A DNA stretch of 64,000 nt from Noviherbaspirillum sp. (GTDB lineage Bacteria; Pseudomonadota; Gammaproteobacteria; Burkholderiales; Burkholderiaceae_D), in the NCBI GenBank assembly GCA_035539595.1, contig DATLIB010000173.1:4988-68987 (forward strand), read 5' to 3'. Below the pieces are notes generated by a model. That model worked only from the letters and a program-made list of their open reading frames with translations, had not been told where the DNA came from and searched no databases. Position numbers and translations under genes: made by a program. Below are positions 20,048-29,488 of the stretch, piece after piece (the stretch's first letter is position 1; each line of letters starts with the position of its first letter).

Positions 20048-21382
20048 ATGATCAAACGTATTCTGTTTTCTTTCATCGTCGGTTTCTGCTGCATGGGAGC
20101 GGCGCATGCTGCAATTCAAATTCAATCGTGGACGCTTTCCAATGGTGCGCGGGTACTGTTTGTCGAAAACCATTCGATTCCCATCGTGGATATCAGCGTT
20201 GAGTTCGATGCCGGTGCCCGTCGCGATCCACTGAATAAATCAGGGACTGCGGCACTAACCAACGCTATGCTGGCGCGCGGCGTGCGCGAGGCTGCTTCCA
20301 CTACAGAGGTTGCGCCCGAGTCGGCGCTAAGCGAAGCGCAGATATCCGACGGCTTTGCCGACATTGCAGCCCAACGCGGTGGCGATGCAGGCAGTGACCG
20401 TGCAAGTGCAAGTTTGCGTTCGCTGTCGAGTCGTGCCGAACGAGATGCCGGAGTGGCATTGCTTGCACGGGTTCTTGCGCATCCTGCTTTTCCGGAAGAC
20501 CTTCTGGCGCGAGACAAGGCGCGTACGATTGCTGCGATCCGCGAAGATGATACCAAGCCGGAATCCATTGGCAGCAAGGCATTCTGGCGCCTCCTGTATG
20601 GTACCCATCCGTATGCGGAGCATGAAACGGTAGCCTCGGTCGAATCCATTACGCGGGACGATCTGGTTGCATTTCATGCCACGCATTATGTTGCCAATCG
20701 CGCCATCGTCGCGATGATCGGCGACATTACGCGCATGGAAGCGGATGCCATTGCCCGGCAATTGACCGTACGCTTGCCACAGGGGGCACCGTTAGCCGTA
20801 TTGCCCGCGGTCGAAACCTTGCCGTCGCGTGAACAGCGCATTGCACATCCCGCGTCGCAGGCTCATATTCTGACGGGCGTTCCGGCAATCGCGCGCGGCG
20901 ATGCTGATTACTTCCCGCTCCTGGTGGGTAATTACACTTTAGGGGGCGGGGGATTTGTTTCCCGGCTGACTCATGAGGTGCGGGAAAAGCGCGGCTTGTC
21001 GTATAGCGTCTATAGTTATTTCAATCCCCTCGCACAACCCGGTCCTTTTCAGGCCGGTTTGCAGACGCAAAAGGGACAGGCCGACGAGGCGTTAAGTGTG
21101 GTGCGCGACACGATCGCCAACTTCCTGCGTGAAGGCCCGACCGCACAGGAATTGAAGGCGGCAAAGGACAATCTGATTGGCGGATTCCCGCTGCGGATCG
21201 ACAACAACAGAAAAATCTTGGACAACATCGCAGCAATCGGCTTTTACGGTCTGCCGCTGAACTACCTCGACACGTGGACTGACAATGTGAAAAAGGTGAC
21301 GGTCGCCGATATCAAGGCGGCATTCCAGCGCAAGCTCGCGCTCGACAGGATGTCGACCGTGGTCGTCGGAACGGCAGAATAA
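20048..21382 (+). CDS. M16 family peptidase-like protein (non-catalytic partner)
   Basis: Signal peptide; lacks HxxEH; SRLTHEVREKRGLSY motif; start uncertain. Confidence 0.88.
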   Translation: MIKRILFSFIVGFCCMGAAHAAIQIQSWTLSNGARVLFVENHSIPIVDISVEFDAGARRDPLNKSGTAALTNAMLARGVREAASTTEVAPESALSEAQISDGFADIAAQRGGDAGSDRASASLRSLSSRAERDAGVALLARVLAHPAFPEDLLARDKARTIAAIREDDTKPESIGSKAFWRLLYGTHPYAEHETVASVESITRDDLVAFHATHYVANRAIVAMIGDITRMEADAIARQLTVRLPQGAPLAVLPAVETLPSREQRIAHPASQAHILTGVPAIARGDADYFPLLVGNYTLGGGGFVSRLTHEVREKRGLSYSVYSYFNPLAQPGPFQAGLQTQKGQADEALSVVRDTIANFLREGPTAQELKAAKDNLIGGFPLRIDNNRKILDNIAAIGFYGLPLNYLDTWTDNVKKVTVADIKAAFQRKLALDRMSTVVVGTAE

Positions 21383-21386
21383 GACA

Positions 21387-22049
21387 ATGCAAAAAGGCAG
21401 CACGCAAAAAAAAGCCTCACTGCAACGGCGCGGCAGACCTGCACAACAGGTGCGCATCATCGGTGGCCTGTGGAAGCGGACGCCCTTGCCGGTACTGGAA
21501 GCCGAGGGACTGCGCCCAACACCGGACCGCGTGCGCGAAACTTTGTTCAACTGGCTTAATCACTTATTCGATGGTGAATGGACTCAGTTAAATTGCCTCG
21601 ACTTGTTTGCCGGTACTGGAGCGCTCGGATTTGAGGCAGGCAGCCGGGGGGCAGCTCGAGTGCTTATGGTGGAGGATAATCCTGCCGCTATTCGCCAGCT
21701 GGAAGCGAGCAAGGCAAAGTTGAACGCAAACAGGATGAGTATTCAGCGAGGTGATGCATTAACAGTCGCACAAGGTTTGGCGCAACGGGTGGGCGATGCT
21801 TCATCGCGTTTTGACCTGATTTTTCTCGACCCTCCCTATCACCATGAGTGGTTGGTAAAAATACTCCCTGTGTGTGCACAGTTATTGCGCGATGATGGCT
21901 TGATATATGCTGAATCGGAAGTGCCACTCGATGCGCAAGGACCAACAATGGATTGGCTTGCTGGTTGGGAGGTGGTGCGTGCGGATAAGGCGGGTATGGT
22001 GTTCTTTCATGTGTTGCGACGCAATAATACCGCTGAAATTCAGGCATAA
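21387..22049 (+). CDS. rsmD: 16S rRNA m2G966 methyltransferase
   Basis: LRPTPDRVRETLFNWL, LDLFAGTGALG, DPPY. Confidence 0.95.
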   Translation: MQKGSTQKKASLQRRGRPAQQVRIIGGLWKRTPLPVLEAEGLRPTPDRVRETLFNWLNHLFDGEWTQLNCLDLFAGTGALGFEAGSRGAARVLMVEDNPAAIRQLEASKAKLNANRMSIQRGDALTVAQGLAQRVGDASSRFDLIFLDPPYHHEWLVKILPVCAQLLRDDGLIYAESEVPLDAQGPTMDWLAGWEVVRADKAGMVFFHVLRRNNTAEIQA

Positions 22050-22094
22050 TGCGCGTTCTGTTACATCTCTGAAACAGTTTTGTCAGGAGCCGCG

Positions 22095-22583
22095 ATGGTT
22101 ACAGCCGTTTATCCAGGAACGTTCGATCCGCTGACGCGCGGCCATGAAGATTTGGTGCGCCGTGCATCCGGCCTGTTCGACAAGCTCATTGTCGGCGTCG
22201 CCGACAGCAAGAACAAGCGGCCCTTCTTTTCTCTGGACGAGCGCTTGTCAATTGCGAACGAAGTGCTCGGTCACTATCCGAACGTGAAGGTAGAAAGTTT
22301 TTCCGGCTTGCTGAAGGATTTTGTGCGAGTGCATGACGCGCGTGTCATCGTGCGCGGGCTACGTGCTGTCTCCGACTTCGAGTACGAGTTCCAGATGGCG
22401 GGCATGAACCGCTACCTGCTGCCGGATGTTGAAACTCTGTTTCTCACGCCATCCGACCAATATCAATTCATTTCCGGCACTATCGTGCGGGAAATCGCCA
22501 TACTGGGTGGCGATGTTTCCAAGTTTGTATTCCCTTCGGTCGAGAAGTGGCTGAAGGACAAGATCGCTGCCGACGGCAGGTAA
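22095..22583 (+). CDS. coaD: Pantetheine-phosphate adenylyltransferase
   Basis: [24 protein letters not shown]. Confidence 0.97.
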   Translation: MVTAVYPGTFDPLTRGHEDLVRRASGLFDKLIVGVADSKNKRPFFSLDERLSIANEVLGHYPNVKVESFSGLLKDFVRVHDARVIVRGLRAVSDFEYEFQMAGMNRYLLPDVETLFLTPSDQYQFISGTIVREIAILGGDVSKFVFPSVEKWLKDKIAADGR

Positions 22584-22592
22584 GCGCTGTAG

Positions 22593-22862
<270 letters not shown>

Positions 22863-22905
22863 AACGCTGGGTCTGCATTTTCGCGATATGCGACTGTGCG
22901 ACCGG

Positions 22906-23757
22906 TTAAAACGCGAGAGTAATTTCGACCTCTTGGCCGACGCGTACAAGTTGTCCCTCACCTGCAAGCAGGATCGCGTTCATCCCGAAAGTGATACCAC
23001 CATCGACTTTCGGATTGGTGCGATAACCCTGAAGAATGTCTAGCGGATTAGGGCCAAATACCCCTGTGGTTTGGTCAATCGACGGCATGGGGCAGCGGGG
23101 GCAGGGTTTTACCGGCTTTAGCACTGCATTGCCGATCTTGATGGACTCCGCATAATCTTCCTCGAATGCGTCGATACCGTCGATGACGACATTCGGACGG
23201 AAGCGATTCATGGGCAGTGCATCGCGTGCCTGCACCTTGAGCTTCTCGTTGAGATCGCCTAGCGATGCCTCGGAAATGACCAACAGGGGAAATCCGTCCG
23301 AGAACAGCGTCGGCGCTTGTACTCCCTGAGTCCATGTGGTGTTCGCAGTGCGCTTGGCATGAGCATGAAAACGTACCAGTCGGCATGGCGTGCCGAGAAA
23401 TTTAGAGAACCAGGTAGCAGTCGTCTCGTCGCAGTCGTAGGCTTTTACCGAGTCATCCCACACGCGCACTTCCATCGTCGTTTCATCTTCTGGAGCGGGC
23501 AGGCCCAGAGGAATTTCGAGCGGCAGCATACCCGGCGCACGGACCTCCAGCGTGTCGGCCTTGATGCGCGGCTTGATCAGAGCCATCTTCGGAAAGTCGC
23601 GCTGTGTCATGAACCCGCCTTGCGGATCAACCACCATCCATTCACGGTCGTAGATGTGTTCGCTCCTCAGGCCGGCCGGCGTCAGGATGGCTTCGCGCAG
23701 CGCGATGCCGCTGCAGGACTTGATCGGATAGAGGTGAAGTTCGGTGAGAGTCGGCAT
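22906..23757 (-). CDS. MOSC domain protein (YcbX/mARC-like)
   Basis: LYPIKSC, DREWMVV, RFRPN, PCPRC. Confidence 0.92.
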   Translation of the reverse strand: MPTLTELHLYPIKSCSGIALREAILTPAGLRSEHIYDREWMVVDPQGGFMTQRDFPKMALIKPRIKADTLEVRAPGMLPLEIPLGLPAPEDETTMEVRVWDDSVKAYDCDETTATWFSKFLGTPCRLVRFHAHAKRTANTTWTQGVQAPTLFSDGFPLLVISEASLGDLNEKLKVQARDALPMNRFRPNVVIDGIDAFEEDYAESIKIGNAVLKPVKPCPRCPMPSIDQTTGVFGPNPLDILQGYRTNPKVDGGITFGMNAILLAGEGQLVRVGQEVEITLAF

Positions 23758-23938
23758 GCTGGTTGTACTGTTGGCAGAGGTGGCCAATATTAAATCGGAA
23801 TGTGCAGCTGTAGGGAGTAGAAACTGTCATCAGCCGACAGCCGATTTTACCGGTCGATCCATATGCTTGACGATGGTGTTGTCTCTTTCATAATTACACC
23901 GCGCGCTATTGTAAGCGCTGCTTGCGGTCAGGTTTCGT

Positions 23939-26344
23939 CTATAGGTTCAACTGCCCGGAAAGCTCGCACATCCGGTAGCCCATCGCCCGGTACCCGCGCT
24001 GACGCTTGTCCCACATACGCAACAGTGCCGGATGCCCGGCATCAACAAAGTCAATGATCCGCACATCGGCCTTGCTGGCGTGCTCGCGGTGCAAACGCCC
24101 AGCGTACTGCTGGAGCGTGCCTTTCCACGAGATCGGCATCGCCAGCACCAAGGTGTCGAGCGGCGGATGGTCGAAGCCTTCGCCGACCAGCTTGCCGGTC
24201 GATAGCAATACACGTGGCGCATTCGGTGGCAGGGCGTCCAGTTCGTCGATCAGGTGATTTCGCTGCTTTTTCGTCATCCGGCCATGCAGCGTGAAAAGAT
24301 TCCCGACTCGGCCTTCCAGAGTTGCACCGATCGCTTCCAGGTGGTCGGTTCGTTCGGTCAAGACGAGTATCTTTCGTCCTGGGCTGAAACAGTCCTCGAT
24401 CTCGGTTGCAATCGCTTGTGTGCGGCCGGTATCGCTTGCCACTTGCCGGAAAACGTCCTGAATGCCGGCCTCGGCGGGCACGTCGATCCGGGTGGTGAGC
24501 ATACGCGGCACGATAGCCAAGTCATGCGGTGCGCTGTCCGGCTTGGCGGCGGTGTGCCGGATCGGCCCGCATTGCATGAAAATGATCGGCTGCTGCCCGT
24601 CGCGACGGATTGGCGTCGCGGTCAAGCCCAGCACGTACCTGGCCTTGGCGCATTTGAGAATCTTCTCGAACGAGAATGCCGAGAGGTGATGGCATTCGTC
24701 CACGATGATGTGCCCGTAATTCTCGACCAGTTCACTAACCTCGCCTTGTCGCGAAAGCGACTGCATCACCGCAATGTCGATCTTGCCGGTCGGCCTGGCC
24801 TTGCCTCCGCCGATGGTGCCGACGGTACCTTTGCCGACGCCGAGAAAGGATTGAAGGCGTTCCTGCCATTGCTTGAGCAATTCGGTGCGGTGCACCAGTA
24901 CCAAGGTGTTGACGCTACGACGCGCAATCAGCGCAGCAGCGGTGACCGTTTTTCCGAACGCGGTCGGCGCACATAGCACGCCAGTGTCAAACCCCAACAT
25001 CCTGGCTACTGCATCTTCCTGATCCGTGCGCAGCGTACCGGCGAAGGCCACATCTAGCGGCTGACCCGGAATGCGCTGATCATTCAAGTCAAGGCGGATG
25101 CCATTATCGCGCAGCAGTTCCTTGACCGCTTCCAGGCAGCCGCGCGGCAACGCGATGTGCTTCGGGTAGTTTTCGGCGCAACCGATGACGCGCACTTTGT
25201 CCCAGGTCGACAAGCGCATTGCCTGCGCTTTGTAAAACTCCGGGTTCTGGAACGCGGCCAGCCGGATCAGCCGATTGGTCAATGGCTGCGGAAGATGCGC
25301 CTTCTCGACATAGATCATGTTTGCCAGCGTCACGGCAAGCGCCTTGGGCATCTCACCCGGCAGTTTCTTCGGCATGGAAGTCACGCGCTTCCAAGGCGCT
25401 TGCTGATCCTCGTCCGCGATGAACGTCACGTCCAACGGATGGGCGCCGCCGGTTGCATTCAAGATCGCGGTCTCAACAGCTTGTACGGACATGGGCGAAA
25501 GGGACGCCAGGTAAGCCCATTGATCGGGATGCGGCTTGAAATTGTCATCCACGAATACGCTGCAGCCGTTTTCTCGCGGCTTCTTCTGCAACGGCAATGC
25601 GATCAGATTGCCGAAGCCACCTTTAGGCATGGTGTCCTGATTGGGGAACAGGCGGTCGTAGGAGGTGAGCTTCAATTGCCGCGTGCGGGCACAGGTATGG
25701 CTGATGATGGCCGTGCCCAAGCGCCGGGCATCCCGCGCCGGGAGACTGGACGCGAAGAAAATCCATGCATGTGCCCCTTTGCCGGAGCGTGAAACTTCCA
25801 GCGCCACCGGCACGCTCAATTCACGGCACGACTGCACGAAGGCTCGCGCATCGTCGCGCCAATCGGCCTCGTCAAAGTCCACTGCCAAAAAGTGACAGCT
25901 ATCGTCGGGTAGCAGCGGATAGACGCCGATGGTGTGCTCGCCGGCGAGGTGGTCATAGATGATGGCGTCGGAGAGCGGAATCAGCAGCCGGTTGCTGCAA
26001 TCGGAGCACTTGATGCGTGGCTTCTCGCAAACACCCGCCCGCCATTCATTGGCGCAGGCGGGCGCATAACCCGATTTGCCGGCCTTGTTCTCCCAGCGGA
26101 TTGGGTACACATCGGTACGGCCACGAAACAGGAGGCGAAAGAGGGCGATCTTTTCTTCTGTGCTCAGCCGGGATGGTTCCGGCTCAATCGATACCGGCGG
26201 GACTGGCGCAGGCTTCGGGATCCTCCAGTCGATGCCATGCGTGTCCAACAGGGCGACAAGCCGTGCGTTCTCGGCATGCAGCTTTTCACAGTCGGGACAC
26301 CCTGATGCGGAAAACTGCGCGTGTTTGATCGCTATTTCTCCCAT
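23939..26344 (-). CDS. AEP primase-like domain (TOTE-associated type) fused to SF2 DExH helicase
   Basis: AEP motifs FLAVDFD, SRSGKGAHAW, DRLFPNQD..GNLIALPL; Cys cluster CANEW..C..CSDC; helicase APTAFGKT, IVDECHH, GLTATP, GEGFD, QYAGRLHR. Confidence 0.85.
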   Translation of the reverse strand: MGEIAIKHAQFSASGCPDCEKLHAENARLVALLDTHGIDWRIPKPAPVPPVSIEPEPSRLSTEEKIALFRLLFRGRTDVYPIRWENKAGKSGYAPACANEWRAGVCEKPRIKCSDCSNRLLIPLSDAIIYDHLAGEHTIGVYPLLPDDSCHFLAVDFDEADWRDDARAFVQSCRELSVPVALEVSRSGKGAHAWIFFASSLPARDARRLGTAIISHTCARTRQLKLTSYDRLFPNQDTMPKGGFGNLIALPLQKKPRENGCSVFVDDNFKPHPDQWAYLASLSPMSVQAVETAILNATGGAHPLDVTFIADEDQQAPWKRVTSMPKKLPGEMPKALAVTLANMIYVEKAHLPQPLTNRLIRLAAFQNPEFYKAQAMRLSTWDKVRVIGCAENYPKHIALPRGCLEAVKELLRDNGIRLDLNDQRIPGQPLDVAFAGTLRTDQEDAVARMLGFDTGVLCAPTAFGKTVTAAALIARRSVNTLVLVHRTELLKQWQERLQSFLGVGKGTVGTIGGGKARPTGKIDIAVMQSLSRQGEVSELVENYGHIIVDECHHLSAFSFEKILKCAKARYVLGLTATPIRRDGQQPIIFMQCGPIRHTAAKPDSAPHDLAIVPRMLTTRIDVPAEAGIQDVFRQVASDTGRTQAIATEIEDCFSPGRKILVLTERTDHLEAIGATLEGRVGNLFTLHGRMTKKQRNHLIDELDALPPNAPRVLLSTGKLVGEGFDHPPLDTLVLAMPISWKGTLQQYAGRLHREHASKADVRIIDFVDAGHPALLRMWDKRQRGYRAMGYRMCELSGQLNL

Positions 26345-27486
26345 AGCCCAGCCTCGACCAGACGGCGAACCAGTGCCCCACGTTTGGCATGGCGTACCAT
26401 GAAGCGGCGCAAGGCCTTATCGAATGCGTTTCGATTCGAGGCAAGCGCATACGCATCGGCAAGATCGACGATTGCGCGTTTCACCTCGTCATAGCCGGAC
26501 GCTGTGCCGCGTTCCGCATGTTGGTGGATCGCGTTCCAGTGCAGATCGAAATCGGCGGCCAGCGTCAGGAGATAGGCCTCGCGTTGCTTGCGGCGCTCGG
26601 CTTCTTGCCGGGCGCGCTCTTTCTCTTCGTGTTCCAGGCGAAGTTTTTCCGCTTCCTTGGCAAGTGCGCGCAATTCGGCCACTTTACGTGGTTTTACGGG
26701 CGATGATTCTTGCGATCCGCTTTCCTTTAGCCAGGCGAGAAATTCCGACTTTACCCAACGCTCGGCCTGTTGCGATGCGCCCTGCAACAGCAGGTTAATG
26801 ACAGTTTCTATCTCATTCCTGCGCAGTTCCGCCACCCAGACCTCGACACTGTCATCGTCGTGCCAGTACTCTTCGACCTCCTGGCTCCCTGCAGCCGCAG
26901 CGGCCACCAGGTCGGGATCGATTTCCAAAAATTCCACCAGCGCTTGCTGCGCAGCCGAAAGCTGCGACATGCCCGGCGGCACTTCCGGTTCAACGGCATT
27001 GTCACCGACTTCACCGGCGCTGACGCCGGCGAGCCAGCCAAGATAGAGCGGGCGCAGGTCGCCGCGCAGCAATTCGTCACGCAGCGGCATCAGGCGCCCC
27101 ATCCAGCCCTGACCGGTTTCCATGTCGAAGCGCTCGTAGTCCTGGCCTTCATTCAGTGCCCAGTTGATGATCCAGTGCGTGCCAGAGTCATCGATCGTCA
27201 GTGCATATTCCGTTGCAAATCGCTTCAGCTCGGCCTTGCCGAACACCTCATGAGGCAGTCGCAGCGCCAGCCGGCAACTGCACCAATTGGCTGTGTAGAC
27301 GAAGGCATCGAAATAGCGCCGCATCCAGTCTGCCGGATCACCCTTCAAATCGCCCCAGTTATATTCGTTGACGAAACTCGTCGCCGTAATCGTCGCCCGC
27401 GAGGAGCGCGAGCGGAGTTCGGCCATTTCGTTACGGGTCAGCGGCCGGTCGATGGCAACAAATTCGTAGTATTGGTACTCGCTCAT
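26332..27486 (-). CDS. Hypothetical protein (384 aa) with coiled-coil C-terminal part
   Basis: Intact ORF, 6 nt after upstream stop and overlapping the primase-helicase start; aromatic-rich N-terminus MSEYQYYEFVAIDRPL. Confidence 0.85.
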   Translation of the reverse strand: MSEYQYYEFVAIDRPLTRNEMAELRSRSSRATITATSFVNEYNWGDLKGDPADWMRRYFDAFVYTANWCSCRLALRLPHEVFGKAELKRFATEYALTIDDSGTHWIINWALNEGQDYERFDMETGQGWMGRLMPLRDELLRGDLRPLYLGWLAGVSAGEVGDNAVEPEVPPGMSQLSAAQQALVEFLEIDPDLVAAAAAGSQEVEEYWHDDDSVEVWVAELRRNEIETVINLLLQGASQQAERWVKSEFLAWLKESGSQESSPVKPRKVAELRALAKEAEKLRLEHEEKERARQEAERRKQREAYLLTLAADFDLHWNAIHQHAERGTASGYDEVKRAIVDLADAYALASNRNAFDKALRRFMVRHAKRGALVRRLVEAGLWEK

Positions 27487-27492
27487 GTATTC

Positions 27493-27810
27493 TTATTTCT
27501 GCTTGTCGGCTCGGAACGCGGAGTCATCGCCCAGATGAATGTAGATATGACCGAGCAGTTCCCCTTGCGCGATCTCAGCAAAGCCGCGTCCGCTCACTTC
27601 ATCGTTCTCGTCGACACCACTCCAGGTGAATTCGACGCGATTGCCATGGACGCGGTAATCTGTTTGGCCTTGCACCAGGCCGAACTGGAAATCACCCAAG
27701 TTGTTCTTCTCGAAAGCAATATAGGCGGGCACTTCCATGTCCACATAGTCTTGATCCCATCTCTCCATCGAGACAATGCGCCATGTGCCGCGGAATGGGT
27801 TGGCTGTCAT
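27493..27810 (-). CDS. Hypothetical protein (105 aa), predicted small beta-rich domain
   Basis: Intact ORF with AGGAG upstream and TGATG coupling; GTWRIV start and alternating hydrophobic pattern. Confidence 0.8.
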   Translation of the reverse strand: MTANPFRGTWRIVSMERWDQDYVDMEVPAYIAFEKNNLGDFQFGLVQGQTDYRVHGNRVEFTWSGVDENDEVSGRGFAEIAQGELLGHIYIHLGDDSAFRADKQK

Positions 27811-27932
27811 CAGTCGCTCCTTTTTCGCTTTGGTTTTGACAGCGCCTGCGCCGTCCGTTCCAGCGTTACTTGGCGGATACCTTCCCGACGAACTATTCGG
27901 AAATTCCTAATAGGTGCATCGGGTTGCAATCC
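27810..27932 (-). pseudogene. Collapsed relic of a second RhuM-family gene
   Basis: Manual translation GLQPDAPIRNFRIVRREGIRQV-TLERTAQALSKPKRKRSD*; IRNFRI also occurs in the neighbouring rhuM; no start codon. Confidence 0.7.
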
Positions 27933-27938
27933 GGCTAT

Positions 27939-28484
27939 TCAGTCATCGACGCCATGCTCGACCAGCAAGTCATCCATGTCATCGCCGACGCCGTAACCGA
28001 CGTTGTGGCTGGTGTGTCGCACCTCATCCAGCCGGGCATAGAGGGTGGGCCGCTGCCCGTCGGGCAAGACGGCGATGGCTTTCAGCGCCTGTTCAAACAT
28101 CCGCACCAGCGCGTCGAAATAAGCTTCGTCCTGCAGGCCGACGTCATGGCTGAACCCGGCAGCCTGCTCGCAGTAGAACACCATCAGCTCCGCCAAGCCC
28201 TCGGATTGACCCATGGCTTTCTTATAGTCCGAGATCGCCTTCTTGGCCTTGGCCATCGAGGTGTCCTGGTCCTTGAGCACATCGGGCCACAGCCAGCGGG
28301 CTATGGTTGTCTTGTACGGCTTGAGCACGTCGCTACCCAGTGCGAAGCGGGCATGCAGAAACGTCTGGTTGTCCTTGTTGGCGGCGTACAGGTCATGTAT
28401 CAAGCCGATCAGGCCGGTGCGGTCGAAGTCGGCCAATTTGGCTTTGACATCGCTCCAATTGGGCGCGTTTTTCTGGGATGCCAT
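27939..28484 (-). CDS. Hypothetical protein (181 aa), predicted all-alpha
   Basis: Intact ORF, AGGA RBS, 5 nt after the rhuM stop. Confidence 0.8.
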   Translation of the reverse strand: MASQKNAPNWSDVKAKLADFDRTGLIGLIHDLYAANKDNQTFLHARFALGSDVLKPYKTTIARWLWPDVLKDQDTSMAKAKKAISDYKKAMGQSEGLAELMVFYCEQAAGFSHDVGLQDEAYFDALVRMFEQALKAIAVLPDGQRPTLYARLDEVRHTSHNVGYGVGDDMDDLLVEHGVDD

Positions 28485-28489
28485 GGTCG

Positions 28490-29488
28490 TTATTCCTGAT
28501 CGTCGCGGGCACGACTTGCGCCCTCAATCTGTTTAATCGCCCGGTCGAAATCGCTCTCAAACAGACGGTCTTGCACAATGCGGTACTTCTCGAACTCGCT
28601 TTCCGCATGCGCCTTGGCGATTTCTGCCGTGACTTGGCCTGCGTCCTGCAAAACTTTTCGGTCTGTCGCTTCGATGAATCGATTTAGGCGGGTCTCCCAA
28701 TCCTGCATCGTCATCGGGATCTGCCGCAACACCATGTCCTCTGCCAGATCCAGATAAGCCGAAACCAGCCGCTGCAATTGCGCCATCTCGTTTTAGGTCA
28801 GATAGTTTTGGCGACCACCACAGCGAATTTCTGAATCTTTCCGCTGGGCGCATCCTTCCAGGAAGTCAGCCCCATATTGTCTTTTTCGGCATCGGCGCGG
28901 TGGTAGATGACTTCTGCCGCTGTCTGGCCATGAATCGCCCAATGCAGCTTGTTCTGTACGGTGGCAAAAAAACGCTTGGTGGCCTGCGCCGTGACATCGT
29001 AATCAATCGACGTGGCGTAAATGTCGGTGATTTTCTGGTAGAACTTGCGTTCGGAGAGGCGGATTTCCCGAATGCGCTGCAACTGTTCTTCAAAATACTG
29101 CTTTGTGAGCACAGAGCCGTCGTTCTTCAGGCGCTCGTCATCCATCGCGTAGCCCTTGATGGTGAACGACTCAATGATGGTGTTCGCCCATTTGCGGAAC
29201 TGCACGGCCCGTTCGGAGTTGACCTTGTAGCCGACGGCGATGACCGCGGCGAGGTTGTAGTGCTTGGTGTTGTAGCTTTTGCCGTCGGCGGCAGTTATTC
29301 GAAAATTTCGAATAGCTGCGTCTTCTTCCAGCGCGCTGTCGGTAAACACCTTTTTCAGATGGTAGTTGATGGTGTGCGTTTCAACGTCATAGAGCAGCCC
29401 CATCATCTTTTGGGTGAGCCAGACGTTTTCATCTGCGTACACCGCTTCCACGCCGCCATTGCCGCCGGCTGTCCGATAGCCGACTCAT
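28490..29488 (-). pseudogene. rhuM: RhuM family protein, disrupted
   Basis: VWLTQKMM, HYNLAAVIAVGYKVNS, IREIRLSERKFYQK, QNKLHWA motifs; missing base at 28806-28809 (AKNYL broken), in-frame TAA at 28793-28795, 5' end out of frame with the coupled ATG at 29488. Confidence 0.88.

Noticed and set aside
23785-23812. Minus-strand TTCCGATTTAATATT (FRFNI) resembling the ychF end (FLFNV) as a possible second att site
   Set aside because: Only 10 of 15 nt match and no stop codon follows; too weak to call
26770-27996. 408 aa plus-strand ORF in the island
   Set aside because: Antisense to coupled minus-strand genes; no motifs; typical high-GC shadow frame
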